Shown: positions 21,601 to 30,778, counted from the stretch's first letter. The stretch: 64,000 nucleotides of DNA from Candidatus Pacebacteria bacterium RIFOXYA1_FULL_38_18 (GCA_001787405.1 MFWV01000003.1:64790-128789), one strand, 5' to 3'. A program made the numbers and translations. Notes: a model not told the origin generated them from the sequence alone.

Positions 21601-21711
21601 TTGATCAACAAATTGGTCATATGTGCCCTTGTAACTAAACGATGCAGGGCTGTGGACATGCAAGTCCCACTTGCGCCATATTGAACCTTTTGGGTCATTC
21701 GTAATTTTCAT
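18700..21711 (-). CDS. PHP phosphoesterase + SMC-like ABC ATPase fusion (Ppl/TrlF-like defence protein)
   Basis: WDLHVHSP, INDY, GSDSH (PHP); GKKGSGKS Walker A, coiled coil, SPGE, IIDQPEENLD, VTHNPNL. Confidence 0.85.
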   Translation of the reverse strand: MKITNDPKGSIWRKWDLHVHSPASFSYKGTYDQFVDQIEKSDCDVVGINDYCSVEGYKQFTTKAPNSNKVVLPVVEFRMTNALLNKNSKNGQRINFHIVFSNEIDILDIENFLKSLIVNGSQISSKYSDSKFLYENVAVDFGRTKELLEANPTFRGKYLIWMPYDEYGGIDNIDPVNDQWFKQGLINDSHFIGSSNQKQIDFFLWKDDKVKEEKFEEWFKDKKPCLKGSDSHEHTYPIGAIRDEKSQPCERCCWIKADPTFEGLRQVVNEPEDRIFIGKMPPKLLDIESNKSHYINAISLKPVDSTQKNPWFDNEIPINPGLVAIIGKKGSGKSAQADSMALAGKSHADSNTYSFLRDDKFRKKGLAKQYEAILTWEDGISVKSNLDDQVNLTEPEQVKYLPQKFVEAICDGSGVNQLFQQEIDKVIFSYVPEENRNSTSNLKDLIRLKTGLIDRNVETLKQKVSEQNGSICKLENKKLPIYLGSLKRKLEEKQRELKNLVKPKKVTEPKSKPSKDVEDKISALNKSFEEVEKLIGEKQLVLKGVNQNITKVQNLEIALGSLQKQFDDFLSGYKEDLTFLGIDPQKLITIKIDEALITQKKTSLNLEKDSLTILLSEEGDAKTSLVVKKKGIQADLKTIVDSLDKENNAFREYQKALKTYQTKRGLIEGVDDDTSLTTIKSLTGEIEYVQKKLDKDIETSEKLRDQTVEQIYDELLKKISFYEEIYAPLAKVISDKEEKQRKTGSVLNFDVGIVFDKLNFPIDFLSFIDQSRDGSFQGKAEALIRVKETIANSDLKTKDGVVNFIKELIECLRVDKSVKGNPIKLLDDQLIKSDGKKLELYNYLYGLKYLEVKYNITFNGKDLNENEFSPGEIGALLLIFYLLIDKDKVPLIIDQPEENLDNESVYTLLVPYIKQAKKERQIIIVTHNPNLAVVCDAEQIISSEMDKHTYEIRYTSGSIENPATNKKILDVLEGTLPAFQKRDQKYLKRTIAPEKEIQMQTTP

Positions 21712-21781
21712 AGTTATTGTTATTTATAAATACTGCCCTCACTTAAGGGCAGTATGGCAGAAGTTAGTCTCGAACTGCTCC

Positions 21782-24094
21782 TTATTCATCAATTTTATAA
21801 GCACTACTGATGATAGCGTCGAAACTGTTAATTCTGCTTATTGCGGTATGGGGTAGGATTTTATAGATCCACTTCTTTTTAGTTGCTCCAGAAGCAATCT
21901 TGCACCATTCTTCAGCTTGCTTGGCTTTCTCAATTACCTCTGGGTCTTTTTTGTCTAACTTGCTCTTGTCTTTTACCTCCACTAGATAATTGGCATCATC
22001 TCTTTCAACGATGAAGTCAGGGTTATAGTTGCCGTAAATATATCTAATTGGCAACTGACCAGTTCGAAGTCTTACCCAACTAATTACTGTTTTGTCTTTT
22101 TCTAAAGAGTCGGCAAGTAGCTTCTCCTGGGTTGAATCAAAAACATAAGAATTGTAGACACTCTTGTCATAGCCATCAATAATGTTTCCTCTGGCTTCTG
22201 CTTCGCTCACCTCGTCTTTATCCAATGGAACAGCGGAAGCTTTTACTACTTTCAGATAAGGTTCAAATGAAAGCTCCTCGTCAAGCACGCCAAACTTAAT
22301 CGTTGTCTGTTCTTGGAGTCGCTCCTGCAATTGAGGTAAGATATCATTCAGGATTGTCTGTTCGTGAAGCTTTACCAACTTCGACAATTCTTTATCAGTA
22401 ACCTGAAGCTGGTCAAGATAGTGCTTTACAATCTTTTGTAAAACTGCCTTGAAAGAGATGTCAAACTCGGACATTTCCATAATAATCAACCTTACGATTC
22501 GGTTGACTGGATCAATCTCTTCTTTTACTACAACCTCTCCTGCATCCTCAGTTTGTCTAGAAACAATATCGGCTTTGATTAATCTTGGCTTTATCTTCTT
22601 TAACTCCTCTAAACGCAACTTAATTGGGAAGAATTCCAATTTATTACTCGAATAAACTTTTGCTTCAACTAAAGGAACTTTAACCCAAAGTTTCTTATTA
22701 TCTGTTGGTTTAATTTCAACAGTTTTAAGTTCTTCTTTCTTCTCAGCTTTTTTAACTCCAAGCCCTTCTGCCACTTCATGGGCTACTGCCACCACTCTAG
22801 CAAAGTTATCGTGCGAGATAATGTCGAGAGAGTCCAGCTCCTCAACCCCTGTCAGTTCGCCAAATGGCAAACGCAAACCTCTCCCGATAGTTTGCTCAAT
22901 CAGAGTCTTACTGATTGAAGCCCTGAAGGGAATGATCGTATAAACATTTTTAACATCCCAACCCTCTTTTAATTTATCGACATGGATAACGATTTCATTT
23001 TTATTAACGGGATATGGTTCCTCTAGGCGGAGGAGTTGATGGATAGAATCAACCTCGCTTTCACTGGTTACCAATAGGGTTTTATCTTTGTAATAGCCAT
23101 CAAAGAAACTATCACTTTCAATAAGTGCTTTGACATCCTTAGCGTGCTGGATATTCTTTGTTGTTAAGAGGGTAATTGGTAAAACAAACGGTAATTTATT
23201 GTTTTTGCAGTATTCCTCAATAAGCACCTTTTTCTCTCGGTGTCTTCTGATCCCATCCTCAAGTTTTACCAGTTCTAGGTCACCTTTGTAGGTGTAGTCG
23301 TCACTTCTGGCAATAACATAGGGAATCTTGATGTAACCACCCTTGGCGCCATTACCAGCCACCAAGCTCTCCAAAGCCCGCTTAGAATCGTTTATGGCGT
23401 CTCCTAGGGTGTAGGAATAGACAATGTTGTCACTTATTGGGGTAGCTGTGAACTCCAGTCCCAATTCTGGTTTGAGATGGTTAATAGCCCTAATCGACTT
23501 AACTCCTCGATATCGATGACTTTCGTCCATTAAGATAACCAGATCCTTTTGTTGCAGAAGTTCTGCAAAGCTCGATCCTAATGTCTCTTGATAACGATGG
23601 AACTTAAATTCAACATCGGTTCTCTCGTTAAAGATCTTCTGGATGTTGAAAACATAAATGTTGACTGCCTCAAAAAGTTGATTACCGAAGTTAGCGTAAC
23701 TATAGTTTTCTCCAGTAATCAGGTTAAACAAGGGGAAATCAGTTAATCCATCTAGGACATACTTTTTACTCGAAGGAGTAAAGTTATCGATTGTTTTGGT
23801 ATAAATCGTTTCTCCTGGAGTCAGGATGAAAAAGTCCTTTAGCCCTTTGGTGTAATAGAGGTATGCGATCATACCCGCCATCAGTCTGGTCTTACCAACG
23901 CCTGTAGCCAGGGCAAAAGTAAAGGAGGGGAAGTCAGTGTCAAACTTTACATTACCAACCAATCTCGCTTCAATGTCCTCTAATTTATCTCTACCCAACT
24001 TAACCCCTGAAAGGATGGCATCCAATTTAACGAGTGAAAGCTGTTGTGGCTTTCTTAAGCTTAGTTCTTTTGTGATTTTATCTATTGTGTTCAT
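21782..24094 (-). CDS. res: type III restriction enzyme Res subunit
   Basis: ATGVGKT, MDESH, EFTATP, LKEGWDV, EQTIGRGLR; C-terminal YNPDF...LVEVK nuclease. Confidence 0.9.
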   Translation of the reverse strand: MNTIDKITKELSLRKPQQLSLVKLDAILSGVKLGRDKLEDIEARLVGNVKFDTDFPSFTFALATGVGKTRLMAGMIAYLYYTKGLKDFFILTPGETIYTKTIDNFTPSSKKYVLDGLTDFPLFNLITGENYSYANFGNQLFEAVNIYVFNIQKIFNERTDVEFKFHRYQETLGSSFAELLQQKDLVILMDESHRYRGVKSIRAINHLKPELGLEFTATPISDNIVYSYTLGDAINDSKRALESLVAGNGAKGGYIKIPYVIARSDDYTYKGDLELVKLEDGIRRHREKKVLIEEYCKNNKLPFVLPITLLTTKNIQHAKDVKALIESDSFFDGYYKDKTLLVTSESEVDSIHQLLRLEEPYPVNKNEIVIHVDKLKEGWDVKNVYTIIPFRASISKTLIEQTIGRGLRLPFGELTGVEELDSLDIISHDNFARVVAVAHEVAEGLGVKKAEKKEELKTVEIKPTDNKKLWVKVPLVEAKVYSSNKLEFFPIKLRLEELKKIKPRLIKADIVSRQTEDAGEVVVKEEIDPVNRIVRLIIMEMSEFDISFKAVLQKIVKHYLDQLQVTDKELSKLVKLHEQTILNDILPQLQERLQEQTTIKFGVLDEELSFEPYLKVVKASAVPLDKDEVSEAEARGNIIDGYDKSVYNSYVFDSTQEKLLADSLEKDKTVISWVRLRTGQLPIRYIYGNYNPDFIVERDDANYLVEVKDKSKLDKKDPEVIEKAKQAEEWCKIASGATKKKWIYKILPHTAISRINSFDAIISSAYKIDE

Positions 24095-25647
24095 ACTTTG
24101 AATTTCCTTAATAAAACATCGGGAATTTTTCTAACTTCGACATTATCAGGTAATTTTATTTTACTTGATATGGTCTTAGCATAGATAATAAGAAAATCGG
24201 CTGCATCGCCAATTTCCCGAAGGACTGCCTCTACATACTCCTGATTAAGATACTGCTCGGTGACATGAGCGATAGTTCTGCCTGAGATACCGTGGAGACC
24301 ATTGTCTGGGTGAAGAAGTCTAAATCCTTCTACCTTTAGGACTGCTCGAATAAGCGCACCGTTATAAACCTTTGGGTTGAGCACTGTTAACCTTAAATCG
24401 TCATCTTCTACAAATAAGCTATCTCCAAGCTCAAAATACTTAAATCCACCTCCACCACTCCAATCATATAATCTACTTATTCCTTCTTGGTCTTTGCCTG
24501 ATACCGCTACCTTTAGTCTTGGTATTATGTGGGTTTTAGCATGGTTACCCAATTCCACCATAATCCATTTACGATTTCGCTTATGAGCCACGGCACCTGT
24601 TGTGCCTGACCCTGCAAAAGAGTCTAAAACCCAATCACCCTCTTTAGAGGCTAGATCGATAATCCTATTAATAAGTCTTTCTGGTTTTGGAGTTGTAAAT
24701 TCGTCTTCCATATTAAAAGCCCTTATTTCTCTTTTAGCCTCCTGATTGTCTCCAACCTCTGTTCTAAACCATATCGTTTTTGCTACAGATCCTTGTTTGA
24801 CCTCAGTAAGAAAAATCTTTAAGGATGGTTTGTTCTCACCCTTTTTCCCAAACCAGATTCGATTATCTTTAATCATCTCGTTCAGTTTTTCTTTTCCATA
24901 AACCCAATGTCTGTTATTGCTTGGTAGAAACTTTTTGCCTGCAGGACTTGTGATTTCATACTGTCCGTAGGGGAAGGGGTCTTTTGCAGTCAAATCTGCA
25001 TTTTTCCAAACACCTCTTGGATCATTATCTGGATTTTTATATCGGGCGTTCATTTCTTCTGTTCTTGACAATAGGTTAGGTCTCCAGATGTCTTTATTTT
25101 TGGCGTAAGCAAGAATATGATCGTGACTATCTGATAGCCATTTTGCATCGTTTTGTGGCGAGTATTTTTTCTCCCAAATTACATTTGAAATAAAGTTTTT
25201 TCTACCAAAGACTTCATCACATAAAACTTTCAAGTAATGACACTCATCATCGTCAATTGAAATCCAAATACTCCCATCTTTGCTTAGTAGTTTGTAGAGC
25301 GCTTCTAGTCTCGTTTTCATCAATCCTAGCCAAAGAGAATGCTCCATGCCGTCATCGTAATGCGAGAAAGCATTACCAGTGTTATAGGGAGGATCAATAT
25401 AAATCAGTTTTATTTTGTTTCTAAAATCTTGAAGAAGCGATTGAAGGGCAAGCAGATTATCACCCTTGATAAGCATATTCTCTGTATCTTTGTCCCCAAA
25501 AGTCTCTTTCTGGAGTGAAATTCTCGGCTCTGTTACTCTGGGGTCTTTCTTATCCACCCATTCATAATTACCCGTATCGACATCGTAATAAAGGCTCTTA
25601 CTCTTATTTGCCCAGTTTAATTCTAATTTATTGTCATTTTTAGTCAT
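24091..25647 (-). CDS. mod: type III R-M Mod subunit (amino-methyltransferase)
   Basis: IYIDPPYNTG, TPKPERL, LDSFAGSGTTG; 4-nt overlap with res. Confidence 0.92.
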   Translation of the reverse strand: MTKNDNKLELNWANKSKSLYYDVDTGNYEWVDKKDPRVTEPRISLQKETFGDKDTENMLIKGDNLLALQSLLQDFRNKIKLIYIDPPYNTGNAFSHYDDGMEHSLWLGLMKTRLEALYKLLSKDGSIWISIDDDECHYLKVLCDEVFGRKNFISNVIWEKKYSPQNDAKWLSDSHDHILAYAKNKDIWRPNLLSRTEEMNARYKNPDNDPRGVWKNADLTAKDPFPYGQYEITSPAGKKFLPSNNRHWVYGKEKLNEMIKDNRIWFGKKGENKPSLKIFLTEVKQGSVAKTIWFRTEVGDNQEAKREIRAFNMEDEFTTPKPERLINRIIDLASKEGDWVLDSFAGSGTTGAVAHKRNRKWIMVELGNHAKTHIIPRLKVAVSGKDQEGISRLYDWSGGGGFKYFELGDSLFVEDDDLRLTVLNPKVYNGALIRAVLKVEGFRLLHPDNGLHGISGRTIAHVTEQYLNQEYVEAVLREIGDAADFLIIYAKTISSKIKLPDNVEVRKIPDVLLRKFKV

Positions 25648-25649
25648 AT

Positions 25650-25841
25650 TTATTTTTTCTTGTTCTTCAAAATAACCTCAAGGTCTTTAGGATCGTAACG
25701 CCTGTCTCCACGCTCATTTACTATGATAGCCTTTAACTTACCACTTTTGTCCCATCTCCTTAATGTTTCGACATGGACATTGATAATTTCGGCTGCCTGT
25801 CGAATTGTCAATAGTTTTGGTAATTTATTGTTTTTATCCAT
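25650..25841 (-). CDS. MerR/excisionase-like HTH protein
   Basis: LLTIRQAAEIINVHVETLRRWD..GKL...RGDRRY; 2-nt gaps to both neighbours. Confidence 0.85.
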   Translation of the reverse strand: MDKNNKLPKLLTIRQAAEIINVHVETLRRWDKSGKLKAIIVNERGDRRYDPKDLEVILKNKKK

Positions 25842-25843
25842 AG

Positions 25844-27652
25844 TTAGTGTTGGCTATTCAGCCTATTTGCAAGCATCTCTTGCTCATCATATAACGGCTT
25901 ATCTTGATCAATCATCCTCTGTTCAGCGGCACTTAACCATTGGTTAGACTCCATTTTAGACGCAATAGCTGAAATGTTAGCAATTCTTATTGAAATTATC
26001 TCGTTGATTCTATCGACATCGCCTTTGTTCTTCTGGTAAAAGTTAGCGTTATTTTTAAGATCCGCCCAACTTGGTTGAATTTCTCTTAGCTTTGATAGGC
26101 TGGTTTTCCAAGACTCTGTATCCTCTTTCTTGTAGTTAGGGGGGATGTAGCCAGCTGCATGAACAACAATAAGCTGTGTGGGGCATCCATTCAAACTTCC
26201 TTGGACTTCTCCAATACCAATATCATCAAACTTTTTATCAGACCATGTATTTTTAGCATCTGTAGAATCTCTTTCGAGATAGTCCTCAATCAACTCATCA
26301 GCGGTGTAGTAACCTTCTAGCGACCATTCCCAAACATAACTATTCCAATAACCAGCCTTTGACATTGCGCTTGAAACTACATCAAAAGAAGCCTCTTGTT
26401 GAATAGTATTGTTCTTTAAAAGATATTCGCCTCGTATTTTGGCTGATACATCAAGTTTCGGTTCGTATTTTACTGGTGTTGCTCCATTTTCCTTGCGTTT
26501 TTCATTAAGCAATTCAACAAACCTATTTCTGTCAATTATTGGCTTTACTGTATCTGACAAGTCATTCGTTGCATCATGCCAATTTTTATCAAGTTTGCCC
26601 TTCTGTTTTTCCAGGGGTAAAACAAGACGGATATCTTTAATGGAAGCAAAACCGATCTCTCTTGAATCGGAACTGCCTTTTCTATTGTCTCCCATAGCAA
26701 AGACCGCATCTTGTGGAACCGTAATCACCTGGCACTCTTTAAGAAACTTCTCGCCGAATGTCGAGCGTGGTTTGGCAATATAAGGTTCTTTTTGTGGTTC
26801 TCCATTGAGATAGACAATACCATCCCTAAGTTCTATTGTGTCTCCTGGTAAGCCAATAATTCTTTTTAATAAACCTGCAGGATTACCACCATCTCTGCTC
26901 GTTAGCTCTCTTGTAGTATCATTTTCCCAGGTAAGAATGTCGCCTCTACCTAGTGTGTGTCCTAAAAATCTTCTTCCATTTATCACAATTCCGTTTGGGT
27001 AAGGTAAAAAGCCCGCCGTTGATATAATCTCTTTTGCCAATTCCTTGTTGCTTTTGCCTTTTGTGCCTTTCTCCCAAGTCGGATACATTGAGCCTGTCCC
27101 CACAATATTTATGTCTTCAGTGATATACCCCAGCTGACTAGCAGCTAAAGCTCCAACCGTTACATATCCACCAATCCAAATAGGCAAGATAATAACTCCA
27201 ACCGCTATAAGCGTAGTGACCCTGACTAATATTGGTTTGAGACGAAATGATTTAAATAAGCTCTTGATGCCGTCATGTTTTAGTCTTTTGACAAACTCAA
27301 GTGGTTTGAGGATATAAATAAACAAATACAAGGGCAGGATAGCGAGGATGAAGAACAGTTTAATGAGAAAAATAAAGATATTTTGTCTCTTATGAGACCT
27401 CTTAGCTATTAGTTGTGCTGTAAAGCTAGTTATTCCAATCAAGAAAGCGAAACTTCCTAGAAGGACGAGACCAAGAAGCGAGAAAGCAAAAACATCGGGT
27501 GCTTTGTCGAACATCTCTTTTCTTATGCCAACGACATACCCCATGATGGAGAAGACGCCAACAATACATCCTACCCAGACTATGGCTGATACTTTAATAA
27601 TCCAGTTAAGGACTTTTTCTTTGTTTAGTTTTAACGACATTTTTCTCCGCAT
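25844..27652 (-). CDS. signal peptidase I (S26) fused to a CAP-like domain
   Basis: ~4 TMs, GTGSMYPT, LKRIIGLPGD, MGDNR..SSDSR; then LNEKRKENGATPVKY CAP-like start and a helical tail. Confidence 0.8.
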   Translation of the reverse strand: MRRKMSLKLNKEKVLNWIIKVSAIVWVGCIVGVFSIMGYVVGIRKEMFDKAPDVFAFSLLGLVLLGSFAFLIGITSFTAQLIAKRSHKRQNIFIFLIKLFFILAILPLYLFIYILKPLEFVKRLKHDGIKSLFKSFRLKPILVRVTTLIAVGVIILPIWIGGYVTVGALAASQLGYITEDINIVGTGSMYPTWEKGTKGKSNKELAKEIISTAGFLPYPNGIVINGRRFLGHTLGRGDILTWENDTTRELTSRDGGNPAGLLKRIIGLPGDTIELRDGIVYLNGEPQKEPYIAKPRSTFGEKFLKECQVITVPQDAVFAMGDNRKGSSDSREIGFASIKDIRLVLPLEKQKGKLDKNWHDATNDLSDTVKPIIDRNRFVELLNEKRKENGATPVKYEPKLDVSAKIRGEYLLKNNTIQQEASFDVVSSAMSKAGYWNSYVWEWSLEGYYTADELIEDYLERDSTDAKNTWSDKKFDDIGIGEVQGSLNGCPTQLIVVHAAGYIPPNYKKEDTESWKTSLSKLREIQPSWADLKNNANFYQKNKGDVDRINEIISIRIANISAIASKMESNQWLSAAEQRMIDQDKPLYDEQEMLANRLNSQH

Positions 27653-27703
27653 ACCTCAACTTAATTATACAAAAATAAAAGGAAAAAAGGTATACTTGAA
27701 ACG

Positions 27704-28630
27704 ATGAAAAAACCCATAGCCTCATGGCGATATTTATTCAAATTACCAGTCAATATCTTTAATAATGAAATGGTTGGCTATGAAATTAACCCCCTGCCAT
27801 ATTCCGATCAGGGTAAGGTAGTAATCTTTGCTGGTAAAAGTGACCAAACGGAGGACCAGGGCATCGTTTATATTTACCTTGAGCTTCTAAAGGAGTTGAG
27901 TCAGGGCAATAACTTTGCTAATTTACAGCGATTACTGAATTTAATTTATATGGAAACTGGTTTGCCTACGCATCCATTTCCTGTGCAGATTGATGAAGGT
28001 GAAACTGCCGATCAAGTAATTTCAAGGTTTATGTCAAAAACCTTTTATTATCCAGACAGAAGTTACAGTGGAACAGCTTCGCAGCCAAACCATATTGCCA
28101 GGGTTCAATCGTGTGTGAGTCTTATAAGCAGACTAAATAAAAAGAATTTTAATAAGTTTGACAATGCCTTGAATACCTATGTTTGGGCTTTAGAGTTGAT
28201 GGAATTACCAAATCCCCACCTGAAATATACTCTTTATATGACGCTATTTTTGTCTTCAATTGAACAACTGGTTGATATACCTGCTACCTGTAAACATAAA
28301 CCTTTCCCTGTTTGTGAAGGTTGCGGGAAGGAGTTTGCCAATCACCATCCAAAAGGAAAAGGAGTCAGACAGGCTTTTGAGGATTTTATTCGAGAAATGT
28401 TGACTGGAAGCGGAGTAGATGATGCAGTTGAAAGAGTTAACCGTTTACACCAAAAGTTAAGATCGTCATTCTTACACAGCGGCACGCTTTCTGGCGCAGA
28501 GAAAGTTGGTGGCTTCTTAACTGATGGCACGAACGACACCACTCTAATCGTGGAAGATATGATGAACACCTTGATTTTGAACAGACAGTTATTAGAACAG
28601 TTCTTGCTAAAAAGGCAAATTAAACTATGA
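27704..28630 (+). CDS. HEPN-domain protein (ApeA/MauJ-like) with Cys/His insert
   Basis: C-terminal RSSFLH (RX4H), upstream LSSIEQL helix, [13 protein letters not shown] insertion. Confidence 0.65.
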   Translation: MKKPIASWRYLFKLPVNIFNNEMVGYEINPLPYSDQGKVVIFAGKSDQTEDQGIVYIYLELLKELSQGNNFANLQRLLNLIYMETGLPTHPFPVQIDEGETADQVISRFMSKTFYYPDRSYSGTASQPNHIARVQSCVSLISRLNKKNFNKFDNALNTYVWALELMELPNPHLKYTLYMTLFLSSIEQLVDIPATCKHKPFPVCEGCGKEFANHHPKGKGVRQAFEDFIREMLTGSGVDDAVERVNRLHQKLRSSFLHSGTLSGAEKVGGFLTDGTNDTTLIVEDMMNTLILNRQLLEQFLLKRQIKL

Positions 28631-29805
28631 AAATTGGACGCAATGACCCATGCCCCTGTGGTAGTGGTAAAAAATATAAAAGATGTTGTTTGGTCAAACC
28701 TAGATTAATACCTAATGTTACTGAGGTAACTCCAACTCCTGAACTTGAATCATTGAGAGATCAAATTAACTTAGAAAATGAAGAGAGAAGAAAAAAGTAT
28801 CTAGAACCTCAGGGTATTTATATTGATTTTGTGAAGCCGATGATTTATCAGGGAAGGAAATTTTGGGCTTTAGGTAGTCGTCTATATTATGAGAGACCGC
28901 CCGACGAGACCTTCCATGAGTTCATTATCTTCGTTTTGTGTCAAACGCTCGGAGAAGAGTGGCGACGACAACAAATAGCTTTACCTGAAGAACAACAACA
29001 CTTTGCTTATAAGTGTTACAAGAAATATAACGAATGGCGAAAGAAAAATCATACTCTCAATAATCAACAAGGTGAGGTTTGGGCTGCCTTGCCCGATGGA
29101 TGGACAAGAGCCTTTCTTGCCTTAGCCTTTGATGTTTGTAGCTTAATCCATAAAGACTATCTGTCGGATAAACTATTAAATCGCTTAAGGAATAAGGATC
29201 AATATCAAGGAGCTCGTTATGAGGTGGCAATTATGGCAATGTTTGCTCGGTTGGGTTATAAAATCACTCCATTGGATGATACCGATATTAAAACAACACA
29301 CCCCGAATTTATTGCAGAAGACTTAGTTAATGGAGAGAAGATTGCAGTTGAAGTAAAAAGTAAGCAACGAGAGGGTGTTATTCATACTCCTGGTAGTGTA
29401 AGCGATCCAGCCCAACTATTATGGGGAGATGTGTCTAGGTTATATAGACACGCTATGAAACAAAATCCTGGCAACATCCCTTTTCTGGTTTTTATTGATA
29501 TGAATTCCCCACAGACTCCTGGTATTGCATGGCAAGACAAGCCTTGGGTCAAAGATATTAAGAAGATGATGACAAAATCTCCTTTACATAATCCACAAAA
29601 TCCAGATCCTTGTAGTGGACTTATGTTTACAAATTACTCCTACCATTATCAGACTGAAGACGAGGCTAAGAGTGGTGAACACCTACAGACGATACCCCTT
29701 CATCCTATCCATCGCATACAAAGAGGAGATTTCTTTGAAAGACTGGGTAAAGCCTTGGCTAGTTATGGGAATATTCCCAATCTCGATATTGAGGTGGGAA
29801 AATGA
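28627..29805 (+). CDS. SEC-C motif protein with PD-(D/E)xK-like nuclease domain
   Basis: [18 protein letters not shown]; YEVAI...HPEF...IAVEVKSK; ATGA overlap with the HEPN gene. Confidence 0.7.
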   Translation: MKIGRNDPCPCGSGKKYKRCCLVKPRLIPNVTEVTPTPELESLRDQINLENEERRKKYLEPQGIYIDFVKPMIYQGRKFWALGSRLYYERPPDETFHEFIIFVLCQTLGEEWRRQQIALPEEQQHFAYKCYKKYNEWRKKNHTLNNQQGEVWAALPDGWTRAFLALAFDVCSLIHKDYLSDKLLNRLRNKDQYQGARYEVAIMAMFARLGYKITPLDDTDIKTTHPEFIAEDLVNGEKIAVEVKSKQREGVIHTPGSVSDPAQLLWGDVSRLYRHAMKQNPGNIPFLVFIDMNSPQTPGIAWQDKPWVKDIKKMMTKSPLHNPQNPDPCSGLMFTNYSYHYQTEDEAKSGEHLQTIPLHPIHRIQRGDFFERLGKALASYGNIPNLDIEVGK

Positions 29806-29811
29806 AGTAGA

Positions 29812-29928
29812 TCAATTGTTTATAAATTTGGCTGATAAAAATCTCTGCGTTTCCTGGTAAGTCAGCTCTGGGTATTCGATCTCGTTGATCCAGTCTGTCC
29901 TTCGATACGAGTCCCATGATTCGAGCCA
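29812..29928 (-). other. start-less alternative C-terminal segment of the recombinase at the distal att site
   Basis: Minus strand from the core reads WLESWDSYRRTDWINEIEYPELTYQETQRFLSAKFINN*, starting at the same TGG CTC (WL) codons as the recombinase end. Confidence 0.7.
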
Positions 29929-30754
29929 ATTGGCACTTAATATACCGAATTTAGCCTCATTTAAAACGTGGATTGTTGTAATAAAGATTTAATTGGTAAA
30001 TTTGAATGTGGAGAGGATTTGGTCGAATTCTTTCTCTAGAGAATTTCCTATTTCTGTCTGTGAATCACTTACGGGATAAGCGAGAATTATTGAGTAAGTT
30101 TTTCCGTTGACTTCAAACACCCCCAATGTATTGGTTAGTGAAGTTGATATTCCTACCATTTGAGTATTGTCGTAACTATTTGTTTTAACAAAACGAAAAA
30201 GGTTATTTCCATCCAGATTAAATGGTTGTCCTTGATAGGTTTGTCCCTGACCCCCTATTCCATCCATATTAAAAACCATTGTTATTTTGGCTTCGTTTTG
30301 CTGAAGTTGAACTTGGGTGTTGTAAGTTGTACCTTGTTCTACTTGACCTTCTTTTTCGACTAGACTCCATAAAGGTGAATATTTAAATGTAATTCCTTGA
30401 ACAGAATTGCTGTATGTTTGCCAGTTTGCTGTTGGGTCTGGAGTCGGTGTAGGGGAGGGCGCGGTTTGCGTGATTGGTGTCTCAGATGTTTGCTGTTCTG
30501 ATTTTTGATAATATATGTAGGCAAAATATCCACCCACACCCAGTGAAATCATTAACAAGATGACAAGGATAATGGTTTGAATATTTTTTGCTTTCTTGAC
30601 TTCTGCAATGGGAGAGTTTGGTGGAGTGGATTGTTGTAAGTCTATTTGTGGCTGGTTGACTTATTGATTTTGAGTAGTTATTGGTTGGTTTTGAATATCA
30701 TTCATATGATGAGTATAACCCAAATGTTCTCACGGATTCTACTAGTCGGAGCCA
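29929..30754. mobile_element. 826-bp mini-element or remnant between two att cores
   Basis: Bounded by GAGCCA (29923-29928) and GGAGCCA (30748-30754); minus strand from the latter reads WLRLVESVRTF...*. Confidence 0.55.
29989..30705 (-). pseudogene. membrane-anchored PsbP-like surface protein with a premature stop
   Basis: ATG 30705, in-frame TAA at codon 15 (30661-30663), frame continues through a TM, PT linker, WQTYSN and FDQILSTFKF. Confidence 0.7.
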
Positions 30755-30778
30755 ATTAAAGATATAATATTTCTGCTT

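Larger units (their letters stand above)
12431..29928. mobile_element. ~17.5 kb integrative element in the tRNA-Asn 3' end
   Basis: Serine recombinase overlaps the tRNA; CGAGTCC-N8-GAGCCA at 12410-12430 recurs at 29908-29928; replication/HTH module and defence cargo lie between. Confidence 0.85.

Noticed and set aside
12431-29928. Intact prophage or ICE
   Set aside because: No recognisable capsid, portal, tail, large terminase, relaxase or T4SS genes
30661-30663. Stop-codon reassignment
   Set aside because: Isolated case; TAA, TAG and TGA all end conserved genes normally in this window
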